From Lepidodermella squamata (Eukaryota > Animalia > Gastrotricha), in contig JBLDXI010000054.1 in NCBI GenBank assembly GCA_047495785.1, forward strand, positions 1,488,001-1,552,000: a DNA stretch of 64,000 bases, given 5' to 3'. The stretch's first letter is position 1. Each line of letters starts with the position of its first letter. The notes under the pieces were generated by a model. The model had not been told where the DNA came from and did no database searches. It saw only the letters and a program-made list of their open reading frames with translations. Shown here in pieces: positions 46,092-58,700 of this stretch. A program made the position numbers and the translations under genes.

Positions 46092-47825
46092 TCATAAATT
46101 TGTATAGCGGTGCATGCGAAGTGGCCGATCTAAGCTGTTGTTCGGCCCCACTTGCGGGTACATTACCGTTGGTCTAGGCTGCACAATCTTCCCTGGTGTA
46201 GCTGGGGGTGGTACTGAAAATGCAGATTGGCGTTGATGGAGAACGGATGGCGGGGCTGCAGACGGGAATTTGAGTGGGTAGTTTGAAGATAAGGGCCTCG
46301 GGGTTAGTTCCGCCGCTGAATCATCTAAAGGAATATTCAAATAATTCAAAAATTCAGAAATTCGAAAAAAAACTTTAAAAATTATAATAAATTTTAATTT
46401 TTAATTGGAAAAAGTCAGATTAAAAAAATGAAAAATTTATTTTTCAATTTGAAAATTCAATTTGAAAATTGAAATTCGATTTTTTCAAATAAATCTTTAC
46501 CTGGTTTCCATAGAGCACTTCGGCTTCGAGCAGGTAAAGACCCAGTTGCTGAATCCTGTTCTAGCTGCAAAGGTGGGACATATGCCGGCCTCTGAGGCGG
46601 CATTTGTTGTTTCTTCACGTACACAGGCTTAATATAGCCCGAAGAACTCGAAGGTTGTGTTTGGAAACCCCGCGGAAGGCTCTCCTGAAAAAATGCGCTC
46701 ATCGGCTGAGGAATCGGTATTTCCTCCTCGATAACAACGGGCGACTTATTTTCCTTGCCAGATTTTGATTTTCCTGATTTTTGCTTAACAGCTGCTGATT
46801 TTTTAGGTATTATTGGCGAATGTTTCGGCGTTTGTGTAGCAGCTTCAGGGTTATTAAGATTGAGCTGCAGCCGATGTTGTTCGAATTTTAGAGCGATCCA
46901 AGCTAAAAGAAATCATCAATTAAATTTGAAAATAATTCGAATTTCTCGAATAATTTATAGTTAATTTAAATAAAAATTTGGAATAACTCGATTTTTCTGC
47001 TTACAAGGAGGGATTGGCGTTGTATCTTGAATTTCTTTCTCCAACAGCCTAAAAATTAGAAATGTTGACATAATTAGTACTAAAAATGTCTCTACTTAAA
47101 TATACCCAGCGTCTTTAACGAATTCGTGAAAATCGCCGTCTGACATCGAATCCGCTGTCAGCCATTTGAAGAACGATTCGGAGGAAAGCAGAGCATATTG
47201 CCTGGCACCAGCTAAAAATTTCTCCGCTTTTTCGCCATATTTCAGCTTCATTTGAATAGCTATTAATATCGCTGATACAGCCGCAGCACAGCCACTAAAA
47301 ATTCTCTGAAATTCCGCTAAAAAAAATAAGAAAATTCAAGATTTCAAGAATCAAGAAAATTTTGAAAATTTTGAAAATTTTAATTTCGAAATTTTAATTT
47401 TAATTAAAAAAAATTTCGAGTCTCTAACCGTTATCTTTAGCAGCGACAAAAACCATGGCTACAGAGCATTGAATCAGCATAAGAGGTACAAAGAACAGAA
47501 ACGAGTCGAGTTGCCGGTAGACACTCGCCGAATACGTGAAAGTCGCACGTTTCTCGCGAAATCGAACGTGCATAAAAGCTAGCAAGGTCGGCCTATCGCC
47601 TGTCCGGCTCGAAATTGCAACTGGCGGCAAATCGTTTGGCGGCTCAGGTGTTGATGATCCAGATCGATTCGAATTTACTACATGCGGCTCGAGAACTTTT
47701 ATCGAATCGATTGCTAACATGGGGGAAATACTCCGTCGAGCGGTATTTTCGGCGCTTTTAATATCGTCATCCTCAGGATCGGGGGAGGCGAGAAATTTTA
47801 CCTCTGGCTTTGGAGAGACTGACAT
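46092..47825 (-). CDS. SLATT-like 2TM protein; exons 47825-47429, 47316-47106, 47048-47005, 46902-46501, 46324-46092 (~428 aa)
   Basis: All four GT-AG introns are phase-consistent. Core reads ASVYRQLDSFLFFVPLMLIQCSVAMV..IFSGCAAAVSAILIAIQMKLKYGEKAEKFLAGARQYALL...EIQDTTPIPP, with disordered flanks. Confidence 0.75.
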
Positions 47826-48555
47826 TATTTTTGAAAATTCTAAAAAAAAATGAAAAAATTCTAATTTAGGGATTTTGCGTTTTTTCTGATCATTAAGGGA
47901 GCTTTTGGCGGCGCTTTTGATTAGAGGGCCAAGAAAATTTTTATTACGTGGCCATGCGTGTACCTGGCACGCGCAAACAAGGCTTTTTTATTCACTGTGC
48001 GCAATAAAATGCTGCGTAATAAAATACGCGCAGTCGCCGCGCTAAACTTTTCTACTATAAAATAATGTTATATATTATATACGGCGTAAATTTTATAATT
48101 TACAATGATGTATATTTTTGTGGTTTTAGTACCAATTTTGAGGTTGAAAGTGCCGCTTGTTTTTGCGCGCACACTGTCAGATCTTTTTACTATGTATTAC
48201 TTTTTACTTTTATCAAGTTTTTTTAATAATTTTTAGAAACATGCGATAAACAAAATCTTGAAAATAAATAATAATATATTTTTACGCTATCAAATGCGAC
48301 TGCTTTTGTGTATAAATGATAAATTGTGGGTAATGGTCATTAAGCATTCTATGATCATCTCTAAAAAGCTGTATTTATGATTCATCAGTCGACAGGTGGA
48401 TGATTGATGTAGAATAAACGCGTCATTTTGTTTATTTACAAGTCACATCAGTGAAATTATGATATTTACCGGCAATTATGAGCTGAGCTCATCGTTTTTA
48501 CTCCTCACATGATTATAAAAATAAAAATAAAAAATAAAAAAAATGAAAAATTGTG

Positions 48556-48611
48556 CGTCGCCAGTAGGATTCGAACCTACGCGCGGAAACCGCATCTGAT
48601 TTCGAGTCAAA
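48556..48611 (-). tRNA. tRNA-Ser(CGA), 3' portion only (anticodon arm to discriminator)
   Basis: Minus strand reads TTTGA-CT-CGA-AA-TCAGA, long variable arm GCGGTTTCCGC, GTAGG-TTCGAAT-CCTAC, TGGCGAC-G, then an oligo-T terminator. D-arm and 5' acceptor strand are absent. Confidence 0.85.
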
Positions 48612-50333
48612 TTTGAGTGTCCCTTTTTAACCGTGTTTTTTTGCCGTCATCTTTACCGTGCAGCTGCCGTAGTTTTACGAGCTCTCAAAAACTAATTTTT
48701 CTTCGATTTATGTTTGCCGTGTTTGCCATACTTGTTCGTTGGATTTTCCAATACTTCAAGCAGATCCTAGAGAAAAACTTATCATTTTGTGTGTAAAAGT
48801 TTCTGTTTTCGCAGAAAAACTAGCAGAAAACGAGCGTCTCTTTGTGTAACACGGTAAAAAACGCTACAGTAAAGCTGGAAACCAGTCACTTCGCGAAATT
48901 GGCACAGTTTTTTTCATGAAACTTGGGAAATTCGGCGTTTTGCCACCCGAGACCCAAAGTTAACTGCCAGGTGAAAATATTTCTTCGTCGCCGTTGAACA
49001 AACTTACGATTTTCCGTTATTTTCACTGCGAAGTGAGAAGTAGTGAACGAAAGTGAACGAAATTCGATGCCTCGACCTCTAGTTTTTTCGCGGAAAATTC
49101 CCTGGCTCGAAAAACTGCCTTCTACCTTTCCGGATCAAAGTGTTTTTATTTATCATAAAATTTCTCGTTTTTTCCCTAATTTTTCCTAATTATTTACCTG
49201 GATCCTGAAAATAACCGAATTTTTATCGTTTTCAGCCTGAACCATCAAGAATATAAGAATGCCAACAAAATTCGATAATTTAGATATTTCGTAAAAGCCA
49301 AATTTGTAATGACTGAAAATTGTCGTTCTAAATAAAAGCTGAAATAGGGCAAAGTCATTGTTATTATGGCGCTCGATTGTTGTGCACAATCGGGGTGCCT
49401 CGGGGTGTTGCGTAATCACGCCATGCTTCAATGTGGCTTTTTGGTTCATGCAAATCATCTTATTTTTGTTTTTAATTCCAAAACATCAATGACCTATTTA
49501 GTAAGAATTTTTCGTCCGACCTCAATTTCGTATTTTGAGCTTCATCAATCCCCGCCGCCTTGCTACCAGGTGTGTCGATCATACAATCTGGACAAGTCAA
49601 ATATTTATCGAATTTTCAAGGTAATTTTGAAATTAATTCCATTTTCTTTAATTTACCCGCAATTTTTGAAGGTTTGTCCCGCGAATCGATTTAGCTGTCG
49701 AACCAGTCTTAACCAGTCGGTCAACAAATCGTAACGGTATCGATGAAAAATTGACAGGTAGGTATTTTCGTGTTTAATTAATTTCAATTATTAATTGTTA
49801 TTTATTTCCATAGTTTCTTCGGGCCTGTCGCAGTGGCGGTTTTCTGCGAAGTCAAAGCAGCTATTCGAGCATGGCGCCTCGTGAAACAGCATCCACAATT
49901 AACTTGACAATATTTCATTATTGCAATTGATCCATTTTTGATGAATAAAATGAAACTGGCATCAAAGGATTTCCGTTTTAAACTGTCTTTTTTGAAGCAG
50001 TGCAAGCCACGTTTTTTCAATAATAAAAGTAAAAACTGCCCGAAGTGAAAGTTCTATTGGCGACGAGCAAGTGACTGCGCAATATAGAAAACATTTCTCA
50101 CAGCGAAACTCTCACCGCGGTTCCGCTGGCCCAGCTCCGCAAAAAACTACACTTTCAACAGAATACTGTCCTCAGACAAACTCTCGCTAATTTGCATCTT
50201 TAGTTTATTTTATTTAGGCAGTTAGAAGGCCTGAAATTGTCGCTCAGGGTATACCGCAATTTTTTCTTGTCGTGGTTTTACGAAGTTTTGCCATGAAAGC
50301 CTCGTAAAACTTACGGTAAACTTTCGTATTACG

Positions 50334-51076
50334 GAAAAATGCAAAATGCAAAATGTAAAATTGTAGTGGGAAAAATGCAAAATGCAAAATGTAAAATTGT
50401 AGTGGGAAAAATGCAAAATGCAAAATGTAAAATTGTAGTGGGAAAAATGCAAAATGCAAAATGTAAAATTGTAGTGGGAAAAATGCAAAATGCAAAATGT
50501 AAAATTGTAGTGGGAAAAATGCAAAATGCAAAATGTAAAATTGTAGTGGGAAAAATGCAAAATGCAAAATGTAAAATTGTAGTGGGAAAAATGCAAAATG
50601 CAAAATGTAAAATTGTAGTGGGAAAAATGCAAAATGCAAAATGTAAAATTGTAGTGGGAAAAATGCAAAATGCAAAATGTAAAATTGTAGTGGGAAAAAT
50701 GCAAAATGCAAAATGTAAAATTGTAGTGGGAAAAATGCAAAATGCAAAATGTAAAATTGTAGTGGGAAAAATGCAAAATGCAAAATGTAAAATTGTAGTG
50801 GGAAAAATGCAAAATGCAAAATGTAAAATTGTAGTGGGAAAAATGCAAAATGCAAAATGTAAAATTGTAGTGGGAAAAATGCAAAATGCAAAATGTAAAA
50901 TTGTAGTGGGAAAAATGCAAAATGCAAAATGTAAAATTGTAGTGGGAAAAATGCAAAATGCAAAATGTAAAATTGTAGTGGGAAAAATGCAAAATGCAAA
51001 ATGTAAAATTGTAGTGGGAAAAATGCAAAATGCAAAATGTAAAATTGTAGTGGGAAAAATGCAAAATGCAAAATGT
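50334..51076. repeat. Perfect 36-bp tandem array, ~20.6 copies (GAAAAATGCAAAATGCAAAATGTAAAATTGTAGTGG)
   Basis: Directly visible; identical units with an internal 7-bp AAAATG(C/T) subrepeat and no spacers. Confidence 0.97.
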
Positions 51077-51240
51077 CGGGGAGGCTTGAAAGCCTATATA
51101 ATTGCATTTTGCAAAGTGCAAAAAGAAATGAGCAACGTGCATTAATTGCATTTATGCAAAATGCAAAAAGTCAAAAAAGCTCGGTGGTAAGCCGAAATGG
51201 TTAGTAAAAAGTGTTTATAATAAAAAAAAATATATAAAAC

Positions 51241-51311
51241 GCGCCATCATCGCGCATCGAACCATTGATCATTGGCCTTGATAGTGTAATAAATCCACCA
51301 CTCGGCCATCG
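51241..51311 (-). other. Degenerate tRNA-derived (SINE-like) Pol III promoter segment
   Basis: A-box TGGCCGAGTGG and B-box-like GGTTCGATGC at tRNA-like spacing; no cloverleaf. Confidence 0.45.
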
Positions 51312-53930
51312 TAATATTGATAATAATCAAATAAAAATTGTAAACAATATAAAGTGTAACATCCAATCTCCGTCACACCTATTATCATCAATTTCGGATA
51401 TTATCTCGACACGTTTTTTTGTATAACCATGCGATGATATACATGATATACAAAATATCTAATGTAAAACTTTCGATTAAAAAACTTTTCGCGAAAATAT
51501 GGGGTCGTCGCCCTACAAATTATTAGATATTTAAAAAAAAATATTATTTTATAAAATCGTGATTTGTAGATACCTGTTGATAGATTACAATAGAGGCTAA
51601 AGGCGTCGCGTTGCTTTTGAAAGGGGTCGCACTCGAAATAATGATCACCAATATAATAAAAACTTAACAGCCCCCCTAGTGAAAAAAATCCTTATTGCAC
51701 CTCTAAAATACCCTATTATACACTATAATAGCACTAAAATACCTAAAAAGTCAGGATTTTTTCACTAGGGCCCTTACAAACAACGCGACAAAGGTATACC
51801 GTATAACGGCATATTCGGAATATTAATTTTTTCATCGTCGAAAATGCATTGTGAAAAATGTAGGTAGAAAATCAGCTCGTATAATATAAGTCTAAAAATA
51901 ATATAAATTTCGAATTTACCACCAGGATTTTCGTGGAACCGTAAAAGACTGAGAATCGTCGTTAGGGTTTAAAGGACAGCTGACGGCTGGCGATAGGCTT
52001 CCGGGGCCGACAGATCGGTCGCGAACAACTTGCTTTCACCCAGCAAACAGTAACAACAATAAATATATTTACCGGATGCTTATATATATATATATATATG
52101 TGTTCAGTCTGTCAATTTCGAAAACTGCCATGGAAATATTAAAACTTAATTTCTTGAAACGGCTTTCAATGAATAAAAAAGACATCGCCAATGCAATATC
52201 CTATTTCAGTTCTTTGAGTGTGTTACTAAAATAACCATTCGTAACATGAAAATGTTTATCATGACATGATACAAAATTTGATACTTCCATTATTTTCCTT
52301 TAAATAAACATCACGTGTAATGCATATTTTAGGCCATAGTGATTCTCAAACCCTGTTTTTCCGGCCACAAGCTGCCGGCGAGGCCCACTTTTGCGGCCGG
52401 CAGAGTTCCGCCTATCTCATGCATTGCGAGCAGCCGGGCGGCTCTTTCGAGGCGAACAGCCCATGGTTTCACATAATTTAGGCAATCATTTGGGAGCATC
52501 CGCCGGTTCATTCATTGCTTATTACAAACCATGTTGTATTTTATTGCCAAAGATGTGCGCGTGACCTAGATTCAGCGTAACACCGCCTTAATTACGGCGT
52601 GCGGTCACCGCTATTCGAATAGACAGCACGTGTCAAAACATAATTCGAATTTTAATACCTCCGATTATTTTATAGTAACCCTTATTTTTAACGCCCCTTA
52701 TCGCACAAAAATTTGCCGAAGCGGATGTTAAAACTTCGACAGCCGCAAATAATGTTGTAACAAAATGTTTACACTGCGAGGAATGTAATAAATGATCTTT
52801 TATCGACAGTGAATTACAATTTTTAGGTTTATTACTCGCCCGGATAGTAATTGCTTTTATTAAACAGCAAGTTTATACTATTTCTGACAGTAACTTTTAT
52901 TGGCGATTTCTCTATACGATGATGCCGATTTTTCTTTAGCCGATTTTCGGATTTCTAATTTGGGTTATTTCCCAAAAAATTACAAAAAAAATGTGAGCCG
53001 CGACGAAACCTAAGCCGCTATTAAAAAACGGCCGTATACAGTATTAACTGAAATTATGACCAAAATTTTAGTTGGGCTCGTTTTTTTTAAGTTTTTTTTA
53101 TATTTTATTTACGTCGGACCTGCCTGAAATTTTCTTTAGAATTAGAAGGGGGGTCGTGCGTGACATCTCCTTATCGTCGATACCGCTGATGAATTTTGCG
53201 TCGCGACATTTCCGCCGAAGCCAGCAACTATTGCGCCCACGACGTTTCAGAAACGAATAATTATTTTTCATATTTCGCGATAATCCCATCAGGGCGAATT
53301 TAACGCGGTGATTTTTTTAAATAAAACAAGACTTGTTGCTCGCGCCGTTAATTTGGCGACGCCAGCGCTGTTTAAATTAATTTAATTCCTGCGCTTCTAA
53401 CCAAGAGGCCATATGGCTTAATCGATCAGAAGCTCGCTGAATACATGAAAGACCAATGCCATAGCCGCCAATTCCACGTCGACACGGGCTATCACGCCAA
53501 CGACCACCCCTCTCTGTAACCGCCCCATTACTTTTCGCTAGAATTTTTCGTTGAAAATGAACTTAACTGTTTGCGTCAAGTTGAATTTCTCTGGTAACGG
53601 CGAGTTATTGCCATAATTCCATCCTAAGAAAATTGTCGAATAAACCCTTACGATCCCAAAACCTAAAAATTTCTCAAAAATTATTCTTTATAACAAAAAT
53701 TCGTAAAAACATTTTTGCCATTTATTTCATCGCACTAAACCCTTCTAACGAGAATGTCAGACAAGTTTTCAAAGACTAGATAACTATCGATTGGGAAAAA
53801 ATTCCTCATGTAGGCTTGTGATTTCGAATGGCTCTTGAAACATTGCGAATTATTGGAACATTTACGTTTTGGAAAAAATGAGTATTGAACCCTTCTTTTT
53901 TTATTATCGAATATTTTATAGTTTTAAAAA

Positions 53931-55585
53931 ATGAGTGTTGAAACTTTCACGTGCAGATCCTTGACTGTTATATCGTATTCGAACCCGAGGTTTCAGACAG
54001 GCAGATATCTGGTGAATGCAATCGTATCTACAGTCGACGAGCCGGAAGTACGTATGGCAGCCGAGTTTAATAGCGTTGACTTGAGTCGCTACGACGATAT
54101 TGACTTTCTCTCGACATTGGAATTTCCTCGACTCCTGAGCCCCAAGCAGCGGACAATTGTCAATACATGGGCGCCACGGTCTGACTTTCCAGATTATTAT
54201 GTCGATCAATCACTCGATCTCGAAAATTTGCGAATTAGTTTGCCGTCCTATTTGGGTCGGAGCCATTTTTTTCCTATAAATCGAAACTGGGAAGCCGAAA
54301 ATTTGGAACTGCTTTTCGCATCAAATCGACCAAGAAAAGATGTGTCTGCGCACGTCATTATCACCCGTGTTGGAGTCACCAGAGACTGGTCACCGGACAT
54401 CGTTGAAAGGCCCTTATTCCTAACAATGGCGCGATTTAAGGATGTGATATCTGATTTCGAAGGAGGTAGGAATGATAGGCGGGGTGAACCTTAATTTTAA
54501 CTCAGATTTAAGCTTAATTTCACTCAGATTTACCTCTGATTTAAGCGACTACCGAATTTTTTGATTTTATCAATTTTAATAAATTTAGTATTAATTTACG
54601 ATTTTTCTTCTCACAATTTTTATGTTTTTATTAACGTTGAAAAATAATCTGAGGTGAAGCTATTTTCATATAGGCTCATCAACCCCACGGTTTCACTTGA
54701 TTTATTATATTTTGGAAAAGCCGCATGAACGCAAATTTGGAGAAAAATTACTGCGTATTATAATAATTTTTTTTAAATATTTCAGCCCCGATTTTTATCT
54801 CTAAAATATAATTTCGGAAGTATCAATGGGCCTAAAGCCTTCATTCAGAGCTTTCAAGGTTGCCCTGATCAATCAGCATAATTTAAAATAAATCATCATT
54901 GAATTTAGCGTAAAATTCTGTTTAAAATTCTGTTTATAACTCATCACTGCGGAATTCATGCATTGCCTTAATTTCGAAGAAATATTCTAAAAGTGACCTT
55001 ATGCTTAACTGTAATTAGGTTCCGCGACATGCCGATTTCGTTCCGCTAAAAGTTATTCTGATAATATAAAATGATGATAAAAGTTTACGATTTGTGTTTA
55101 TAGATTTCAAACTATGGGGTCATGAATGGGCTCGCTTCGCGAAGCGCGTGAAAAACTGTCATTTGTTACTGCGCGATGTGGAATATCTGTACGAAGACAA
55201 GTATAAGCGTAGCTACCTCGTTACTGGCGGTAGAACTACGTACTCACTTCTCTACAACGACGCCACCATGGAAGCCATCGCTGTTAATGAACGAGATCTC
55301 GCCGTTGATGTCCGTAAACGCGCACTGGGAAACGCTCCCGACGCCTCATCAGTTGCTGCAAAGCATCGCCTGGTCGACCCTCGAGGTTTGGTCGTTACTT
55401 CAGATCCCGCAGGCCCTGTTGATGAACATCTCCCTAGCAATCGCCGGATCGAACCCGAACCAGTACCCGGCCCTTCTAGCCGTCGCCAACCAATATCGCC
55501 GCCAATTATTATCCCGCACGGATTAGGAAATCTGCCTACCGTCGCCATGCATCTAAGGGAAGCCATTCGGCAGACGAAAAATTAA
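53931..55585 (+). CDS. Uncharacterised protein, probable OB-fold; exons 53931-54465 and 55104-55585 (~338 aa)
   Basis: Phase-1 intron keeps frame. VSAHVIITRVG...ARFKDVISDFEGDFKLWGHEWA...LLLRDV...YLVTGGRTTY resembles RPA/SSB OB strands. Pro-rich tail. Confidence 0.55.
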
Positions 55586-55759
55586 TGACGTGGGTCGAAA
55601 GCTATTAAAGCTCGTGAACATGCGTAAAAGTGATAAGATGATGTGATTTTGTTGTTGTTTTAGTTTGCTGCTTTTACTGACCAATGATATTGTCGAGATG
55701 GAATTGTGCTGAAATGAAGCTCTATAACTGTTCACAATTTTTTTTTCACAATTTTTTAG

Positions 55760-58700
55760 ATGGAAATTAGTTCAAATTTAGCTGCCCTGGAAGTTCTGTT
55801 GTGTCTGTATTCCGATAGCGACAACGCCAGCACCCTCGAGGCGAAATTGGCTCAGCTTGGCGCGAAATCGACATACGACGAGTAAGAATTTGAAAATACT
55901 ACTGCGCGTCCCATAAGTTGCACAACTATTTCCTAATTTGGAATTTTTTGTTGGAAATTTAATTAAATTGCATTGAACCTATCGAGTGAAAACTCCAACT
56001 TTTATCCGCGATTCAACCGAAGACATACAAAAATGTACAGGAATAAACGCGGGAAAAACCCCGATGTTTACTTGATTACTATTTCCGTGATTTTTTGAAT
56101 TTTTCTAAAATTTTACTGGCCGTGAGATGTGACTCTCTTACATTTCACAGTTTCTAAATTCTTTTTTCCGTATACAGTGAAAGTTGTCTTAACCGGACTA
56201 AGGTCGCGCCAGGCAAAATCGTACGGTTTAGAGAAAGTCCGAATTATTTTAAACCGGACTGAGTCCGCTATAAGAAATACCAAGTGAAATTCGTGGAATT
56301 TTTAAGTTTTACAATCCAAATAACAGTTTTTGAGTACGGAGTACTAATTAATATAAATAATAAAAATATTAAGCTATATTCGCAATAATTGGGAAGTTGA
56401 TTTTTTTCAAAATTTTGAGGCTACAGCCGTCAGGCAGGTGCTGGCACTTTCTTCAAAATTATATAGAAAATTGGCCTTTTTATTGCATAAACCGGACTTC
56501 GAGCCCTAATCCGTCCGGTTTATACCACAGTCCGGTTTAGACAATAAAATTATAATGTCCACGCTTTCGGATCGAGCCACCCGAAATCGTCCGGTTTAGA
56601 GAAAGTCCGGTTTAGAGAAAGTCCGGTTTAGACCGGTCCGGTTTAAACAACTTTCACTGTACTTTCTTGCTTGTGTTACTTAGAGACACTTGATTTAGCA
56701 TCATCTCGAGCCGGTTGAAAAATATGGGCTGAAAATCCGAAAAAAGGATCTCCCGCAATTTTTACATTATTTATAAAAAAATTCATTTAAAATTACAATT
56801 AGCGACACCCTTTAAACGCAACTCGTCGACGTCAATACTTGCCAAGTCCAAGCCTCTAGCATTTTCGATCTGGCAGATTTTTTTCGAATTAAGGTTACTA
56901 ATAACATTGTTGAGTCAGAAGTCGTAGCCTATCCTGAAATATATATGAAAAGATAACTTCCAATTTTAAACTATTTTTTTAGGACTCTCCAGTGCGTTCT
57001 GTTCGAAGCCGGCTTCCTTATTGCACCTGCTGGCGATTTTGTCCTGGCCTATAAGGACGAAATATTTGCTTTCGGCGCTGTTGAGAATGGGTCTACCGTC
57101 GCAATGACGATTTCTATAAAAGACGCTATACACAAAATCGAGGGAACAATTGGCTTTCTCAGGGACGCGTTCCAAACTGATGGAGCTCGTTTCTGCCATG
57201 TAAGTCATAGGATTTATGTTTTATTGTAAATTTAGGTTAATTTTCAAATATGATTCTACAGGTGAATATTGACCCAACCCGTAGTCGTTTAGCCGCCGAG
57301 GTATGGATGGCCCGATTCCTACGATGCGGCAACGGAGAAAGCGGTTTACTCCAGCTCATCTCTGATGTCGAGGAATTTGGAAATTCCCGTGCCGTCGCTG
57401 AGGCCTCGGAAAGCCGTGGCCTACACTTCACAGCAGCCCTGATATACTCTCGCTTAGACTATCCCTTCGAAGCGCTTCGCAATTTTTACCGGTGTCGCGA
57501 TGCTATCGATCTTTCCAGCCTCGTAATAACTCTTATTTTCTATATTAATCAATTTAATGGGAATATTATAGATTCCAGAGTACATTGGATATGAAGTTGT
57601 CAGGGAACTCGCCAGAGTCGACCCGGAATTTAAGCAAGTCGCATCGCAAATCAATTTTCCCGCTCAACAACCCGTCCCGCTGAAGGTGAGCATGGTTTTA
57701 AATATTTCAATTTGGTTTTTACTCTGAGCGGAACCGAAAGTGCCTATTGCGGAACCAAATTTTCAGAAATAAATTCGTCCAAAAATGGATTTCCATTTTC
57801 CATACTTTCTGGAATTCCCCGATAAATGTGAAAAAATTCGAATTATTGATCATAAAATTGTCCGTGATTTTCAGTAAGAAGCCTGCAATCATTTTACGAA
57901 GAACACATGATCATGAAGAAAAATTATTGGAAAAATGACATCTTTTGATAATTTGCGTTTGGTGCCGCTACAGCCAATTTCGGTTCCGCAACAGGCAAAT
58001 TCGGTTCCGCTAAAAGATATTCCGTTTTAATTTAATTTTAATTTCTTTTTTTTTCTTGAAATTGTTTTTTCGCTCAATTCGTGCGATAGCAGGCCTATTT
58101 TTTTTAATTCCGCGATTCTGCGCATATGGCTATGGCTGGTTGCTTATGAGCTAATATACAATATGAAAATCGATGAAAAATATTACAAGCTTTATAAATC
58201 GACTCGGGTCACATTTTATTCAACATCAAATTCACTTTTTTCAACATCAAATTACTTTTTCTATCATCAAACTCTTTTTTCAACAGCAAATTGCGATTTC
58301 ATAATTTTTGCGATCAACACTCATCAAAGCCCTTGATGATGACCAGTCCGGAAAAATAACAGAAAATTTGGGCGAAGAATGTAGTTTATTGCTGTCGAAC
58401 CCGTTCATAAAATTATGGAAAATTGAGTTAGCTGTAATTTTGCAAAGTTACTGACAAATATTTGATTTTTGGTCAAAAAATTGAATTTTTAAATATTTAA
58501 ATATTAAATGAGAATAATTTGACGATTCTCATTTTTGCGAAGACAATGATTCAAATGAGTGAAATTAGTCCGGGCCCTTCAAGGTTAAGCTGCCGGAAGG
58601 TTTTACGCCGTTGCGCTCCACTGAATAGCCGCATGCGCTCCCTGTCTTCCGGGCGGGTATTGCCAATGTCGATAGATTTTCAACTCGCACCCTAGGCATG

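Noticed and set aside
49366-49890. Possible small multi-exon gene
   Set aside because: Plausible splice sites (49621, 49671, 49757, 49812) but no clear start or recognisable domain; too weak to call.
50222-51151. Three long repetitive ORFs and a possible CRISPR array (36-bp period)
   Set aside because: The ORFs result from a stop-poor 36-bp unit. There are no unique spacers or cas genes, and the context is eukaryotic.
51241-51311. Candidate missing 5' half of the tRNA-Ser
   Set aside because: It has an A-box but no acceptor strand complementary to TGGCGAC, and it carries its own degenerate B-box.
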